64,000 nt of DNA from Dehalococcoidia bacterium (GTDB lineage Bacteria; Chloroflexota; Dehalococcoidia; UBA6926): assembly GCA_034422835.1 (NCBI GenBank), contig DAOUJJ010000011.1, positions 2,942-66,941 on the forward strand, read 5' to 3'. The position numbers and the translations under genes are program-made. The notes below the pieces were generated by a model, which ran no database searches, was not told the DNA's origin, and worked only from the letters and a program-made list of their open reading frames with translations. Shown piece by piece: positions 60,522 to 64,000 of the stretch; the first letter of the stretch is position 1, and every line of letters begins with the position of its first letter.

Positions 60522-60772
60522 CGAGGCATATTCCTTTCAATCCTTTCCTGAATCGCCTCATCAATGGCCTGTTCCATATCCTCCAGGGTCTTCGTCGGAC
60601 CATCATATTTGAGGTTGCCAAACAGTTCACTTATCGGGCCGACCGGGATGAGCATGGCCATGTTGCCATCGACAATGAACCGCACCTTGCCGCCAGGCTT
60701 AATGGACAGTTCCTCCCGAAGACCCTTTGGCAACGTGATTTGCCCCTTGTCAGTGATTTTCGCCTCGTACAT
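60518..60772 (-). CDS. AbrB/MazE/SpoVT-family antitoxin
   Basis: AKITDKGQITLPKGLREELSIKPGGKV. Confidence 0.88.
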   Translation of the reverse strand: MYEAKITDKGQITLPKGLREELSIKPGGKVRFIVDGNMAMLIPVGPISELFGNLKYDGPTKTLEDMEQAIDEAIQERIERNMPR

Positions 60773-60879
60773 GTCGGCTCCCTTTTCGCCACGTATTAGC
60801 AGTTGTGTCCTTACAATACCGCAAATCTCCTTACTTTCCACTCTACTCATCAAGCTCATCCGGTGAGCGCTCTCATCCG

Positions 60880-60904
60880 ATATTCCGGCTAACAACCCGA
60901 ATCA
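60880..60904 (-). repeat. Vestigial duplicate of the EEP1 gene start
   Basis: 23/25 identical to 60094-60118; reads MIRVVSRNIG* from an ATGA overlap with the EEP2 stop. Confidence 0.75.
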
Positions 60905-61630
60905 TGCGTTTGATGGTACAGAAGAGACCGTGGCCGTGACCCCGTAGTGGTCCGAGAGCTTCTTGCCATCGTGGATGTTGCTGATGGGCTCTACCGAGTT
61001 GCAAACCAAATCTGTGCCCAGGGCGATATGGTCGATGTTCCTGCGTCCTTCGAAGGTAATGTCTGCCGTCACAATCACCATGCTGGGCGAGAAGGCCTCT
61101 TTGAGGGCCTCTCGAAGGTGGACGGGAGCGCGGGCGCCCTGCCCTATGACCTGGTTGAAGTCACCCATGACAATCTTGGGGCGCGATGCTTGCCCGGCAA
61201 GAATCTCGGTCAGTGCAGCCAAGTACTGCTGATGATCCTCCCACCGCTCCCTGCGTTCCACGCCACGTCTCGCCTCAGTGCGTGAGCCGAACCACGGAAT
61301 GCAGATGCCCATGACCAAGATTTCGCCCATCGACGTTTGGGTGATGCCAGAGATGAATCTGCCGGGCGTCAGCGATTCATGGCCTAGATCGTCGATATTT
61401 CGCCACGGCTGCCGCGACCAAAGCATCACTTTACGGCGCGGTCCCCTGTCGCCATAGCCATAGTCAGGCTGCGCGTTGATCGAGTAGCCATCGCGTGAAA
61501 GAAGTTTGTCATGTGTCTCAGTGAGGCACACGACTTCGGGCGCGAGGTCCTCAATGCGGCGAAGTATCTCGGGGGTGCGAGCCGATCGCGGCGTCGCCCA
61601 CTGCACGTTCCAATTGACGACCCGAATCAT
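60902..61630 (-). CDS. EEP family protein 2
   Basis: IRVVNWNV, CLTET, MGDFNQ, NIDHIA, LSDHYGV. Confidence 0.85.
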   Translation of the reverse strand: MIRVVNWNVQWATPRSARTPEILRRIEDLAPEVVCLTETHDKLLSRDGYSINAQPDYGYGDRGPRRKVMLWSRQPWRNIDDLGHESLTPGRFISGITQTSMGEILVMGICIPWFGSRTEARRGVERRERWEDHQQYLAALTEILAGQASRPKIVMGDFNQVIGQGARAPVHLREALKEAFSPSMVIVTADITFEGRRNIDHIALGTDLVCNSVEPISNIHDGKKLSDHYGVTATVSSVPSNA

Positions 61631-61676
61631 GCGTCAAGCGTAGGCCACGCAAACACGCGGAGGCAAAGGGTGACGC

Positions 61677-62135
61677 CTACTTAGGCAGATTCTGAGCCTG
61701 GGGGGCGGTCACGCCGCGGCGTCCGCTAGCGACGATAATCGTCAACACGATTGCGGATGGGACTAAGACCAGCGGAAGCAAGACCATGAACAACGACCCG
61801 GCCAGGCTACCCAACACGGCGGCTATTAGGAATACCGTCAATCCAAATAGTCGAAGTCGACCGCGATTCTCATTGGCAGACTCCGCCTTGGCAATCGCGC
61901 CGCCACCAAGCAGTACGCCCACAATGAGGCCTCCGACAAATGCGGCAATCGCGGCTGACCCCCTAAGGTCATACGGCGAGCCGGGTAAGACGGAATGTGC
62001 CACGGCTGCCGCCAAATACAGGCTTGCGACCGCGGTAGAACAGAAAACGCACAGCCGGACAATGAGGATTCTTGGACTCCAGGTGAATAGCCCAATCACG
62101 AAGGCTTCCCTAAAGAGGCGCATCGGCCATGTCAT
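61677..62135 (-). CDS. Hypothetical multi-pass membrane protein
   Basis: About four hydrophobic segments; start uncertain. Confidence 0.55.
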   Translation of the reverse strand: MTWPMRLFREAFVIGLFTWSPRILIVRLCVFCSTAVASLYLAAAVAHSVLPGSPYDLRGSAAIAAFVGGLIVGVLLGGGAIAKAESANENRGRLRLFGLTVFLIAAVLGSLAGSLFMVLLPLVLVPSAIVLTIIVASGRRGVTAPQAQNLPK

Positions 62136-62193
62136 GGCACAACTCTACACTTCGTCCAACCCATTCTTCGGTTGGCTGACTGAGAGCCGCCTC

Positions 62194-62225
62194 CCCCCGC
62201 GTGACCCGCACGGGTCACGCGGGGG
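62194..62225. terminator. 14-bp perfect GC-rich hairpin without a U-tract
   Basis: CCCCCGCGTGACCC-GCAC-GGGTCACGCGGGGG. Confidence 0.5.
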
Positions 62226-62234
62226 CCACCAAAC

Positions 62235-62621
62235 CTAATTCAGCTCAAGCCCGGTGAGGGTATAGATCTCCTTCGAAGGCGGCTCCACCCACACCGGCAG
62301 CGCCTCCTCCTCGGTGGAAGCAAGCGCCTCGTGGAAGGGTTCGGCGAAGCCCAATTCGTGAATCTCGTCGATCTCATCCACGAAGTCGCGCTCGGAGTTC
62401 CGGCGCACGTTGTGGGCTGCGGGCGGAGCGCTCGCGATTCCCGTATCCGCAAACAGCGCAAAAGCCGACACGTCCGTCGGACGTTCGAGATCCTCTTCGG
62501 CAAAGTGGTGTGACGGCTTTGCGGGAGGTGGGCCGGGCTCACGAGTGGAGCCCGCCGGTACATTGAAGACGGGTAACGCTCCCTGGGAAAGAACCGCCCC
62601 GATATGAAGGCTTCCAAACAT
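62235..62621 (-). CDS. Hypothetical acidic protein
   Basis: 128-aa ORF preceded by GAAGGAGGGCG (SD-like) and followed by a hairpin. Confidence 0.55.
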   Translation of the reverse strand: MFGSLHIGAVLSQGALPVFNVPAGSTREPGPPPAKPSHHFAEEDLERPTDVSAFALFADTGIASAPPAAHNVRRNSERDFVDEIDEIHELGFAEPFHEALASTEEEALPVWVEPPSKEIYTLTGLELN

Positions 62622-62802
62622 GTCGCCCTCCTTCGCAGGCCGGACAACTCTGCCGTCCCTTTCGGGTCCCCGACCCGCTGTACACGGACGGTATACTCCT
62701 GAAATTGCAGCGTGTCAACTGCTCTCTTGGAGACAGATATGGGAAAGAGCCGGGACGCGGGATTTGCGCGAAGGCGAGCAACGCGCAAGGACGTGGACGG
62801 AC

Positions 62803-62833
62803 TATAATGTGACCATGGTCATGACTATGGTCA
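62803..62833 (+). promoter_or_regulatory. -10 box followed by two tandem 12-bp palindromic operators of the TA locus
   Basis: TATAAT (62803) then TGACCATGGTCA and TGACTATGGTCA. Confidence 0.75.
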
Positions 62834-62869
62834 TATAACTTGTTAGACTGGCCTCTGAGAGGTGACAAA

Positions 62870-63145
62870 ATGACAACACCGGCAGGAAATCCCGGCGCTC
62901 CCCGCACCATCAAGGCGTCCGAGTTCAAGGCCACGTGCCTGAAGCTCATGGATGAGGTGGCGGAGACGGGCGAGGAAATCATCATCACAAAGAACGGCAA
63001 GCCCGTCGCCAAGCTCACGCCGCACCAGAAGCGATTCAAGCCACCTTTCGGACGTGACCGCGACCAGTTAATCTTCATGGGCGACATCCTCTCTCCCATC
63101 GACGTCGTCTGGGAGGCTGAACAAGGCCTTATCGACGGTAAGTAA
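62870..63145 (+). CDS. Phd/YefM-family antitoxin 1
   Basis: IKASEFKATCLKLMDEVAETGEEIIITKNGKPVAKL. Confidence 0.9.
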   Translation: MTTPAGNPGAPRTIKASEFKATCLKLMDEVAETGEEIIITKNGKPVAKLTPHQKRFKPPFGRDRDQLIFMGDILSPIDVVWEAEQGLIDGK

Positions 63146-63157
63146 GGGAAGGACAAC

Positions 63158-63424
63158 TTGACAACTTCGACAAGCACTCCCCGCACCATCAAGGCGTCCG
63201 AGTTCAAGGCCACGTGCCTGAAGCTCATGGATGAAGTCGCAGAGACGGGCGAGGAGATCATCATCACAAAGAACGGCAAGCCCGTCGCCAAGCTCACGCC
63301 GCACCAGAAGCAGCGACAGACCCTCTATGGCAAGGGACGCGACAGGATGCGAATACTCGGCGACCTGGACGAGCCTATGGATGTCGTCTGGCAAGCCGAA
63401 CAAGGCCTCATTGACGGCCACTAA
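63158..63424 (+). CDS. Phd/YefM-family antitoxin 2
   Basis: Same N-terminal domain; TTG start after AAGGAAGGA; 1-nt overlap with the toxin start. Confidence 0.9.
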   Translation: MTTSTSTPRTIKASEFKATCLKLMDEVAETGEEIIITKNGKPVAKLTPHQKQRQTLYGKGRDRMRILGDLDEPMDVVWQAEQGLIDGH

Positions 63425-63822
63425 TGCTTCTGGCGGACACGCAGGCGCTAGTCTGGCACTGGACAGCCGACTCCAAATTAGGTAATGGCGCTCGTCAAGC
63501 CATTGAAGAGGCCCTGCAAGATCGTGACCTCGCCGTTTCGGCAATCACGTTCTGGGAAATCTCGATGCTGCTGGACAAAGGCCGTCTTGAGTTCCCGGAG
63601 GACGTGCTCAACTGGCGCCTGGAACTCTTGGCGCAAGGGCTAGTCGAAATCCCCGTCGATGGTGAAATCGCCGCCCGCGCCGGTGCGCTAATCGGCCTGC
63701 CCGGTGATCCTGCCGACCGCATCATCGTCGCGACGGCCCTTGGGGGCCATCAACTCGTCACCTCGGACACGGGGATTCTCCGCTGGGATAGCATCCTCCC
63801 CCGTGTTGACGCCCGCGAGTGA
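63424..63822 (+). CDS. PIN-domain VapC-like toxin
   Basis: LLADTQALVW, SAITFWEI, GDPADRIIVATA, LVTSD. Confidence 0.9.
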   Translation: MLLADTQALVWHWTADSKLGNGARQAIEEALQDRDLAVSAITFWEISMLLDKGRLEFPEDVLNWRLELLAQGLVEIPVDGEIAARAGALIGLPGDPADRIIVATALGGHQLVTSDTGILRWDSILPRVDARE

Positions 63823-63835
63823 GTGCCCAAAAAGC

Positions 63836-63869
63836 TGCGCCCCCTCCGCTCGTAAGCGGAGGGGGCGCA
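63836..63869. terminator. 15-bp hairpin between convergent genes
   Basis: TGCGCCCCCTCCGCT-CGTA-AGCGGAGGGGGCGCA. Confidence 0.6.
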
Positions 63870-63891
63870 TTCCGTCGTAGTCGATGAAAGG

Positions 63892-64000
63892 TTAGTCCCG
63901 CGCCGCCGCAGACCTCGGCCCGAACGGCTCCGGCTGGAACGGCCCGTCCCGCTCCTGCAGATACGCCCGCAGGCCGCCTTCCTTGCCCGCGTCCTCCATC
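63892..64000 (-). CDS. 3' end of an enoyl-CoA hydratase paralog (partial; not in the ORF track)
   Basis: MEDAGKEGGLRAYLQERDGPFQPEPFGPRSAAARD* matches the C-terminus of the 42091 protein (EGGLRAFIRKRDEPFQPEPFGPRSA). Confidence 0.8.
   Translation of the reverse strand, partial: MEDAGKEGGLRAYLQERDGPFQPEPFGPRSAAARD

Overview
A GC-rich bacterial chromosomal window, most consistent with Chloroflexota class Dehalococcoidia, possibly SAR202-like (inferred from the stand-alone rpoB-rpoC, gene content and paralogous enoyl-CoA hydratases; not verified). Housekeeping genes: surE, hppA, gatB, secG, cysS-ispF-ispD-leuS, rpoBC, lipA, a nitrogen cluster (GlnR-like regulator, two glnA, gltB), an Fe3+ ABC transporter, trmI, ffh, tRNA-Gly(CCC) and an unlinked 5S rRNA. 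Small accessory islets lie between them. (1) At the left edge is a more AT-rich, translationally coupled operon: PAPS-reductase/PP-loop protein, SF2 helicase, MORC-like GHKL ATPase, and a PLD (HKD) nuclease. The PLD gene is absent from the ORF track because it runs off the window. This is the best candidate for an undescribed DNA modification/restriction defence system. (2) A 2.4-kb integrase-less islet bounded by a 57-bp duplication of the fbpC 3' end carries an Mrr-like nuclease, an XRE-HTH/ImmA-IrrE pair, a DUF3892-like gene and a shared operator-like motif. (3) An IPCT/DIPPS-like gene pair is in one frame, split by a single TAG. (4) Two loci have two antitoxins per PIN toxin. (5) A frameshifted AbrB-PIN module sits between duplicated EEP gene starts. 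(6) REP-like repeats occur at three sites. No CRISPR array, integrase or transposase was seen. Family assignments come from motif recognition, not database searches.
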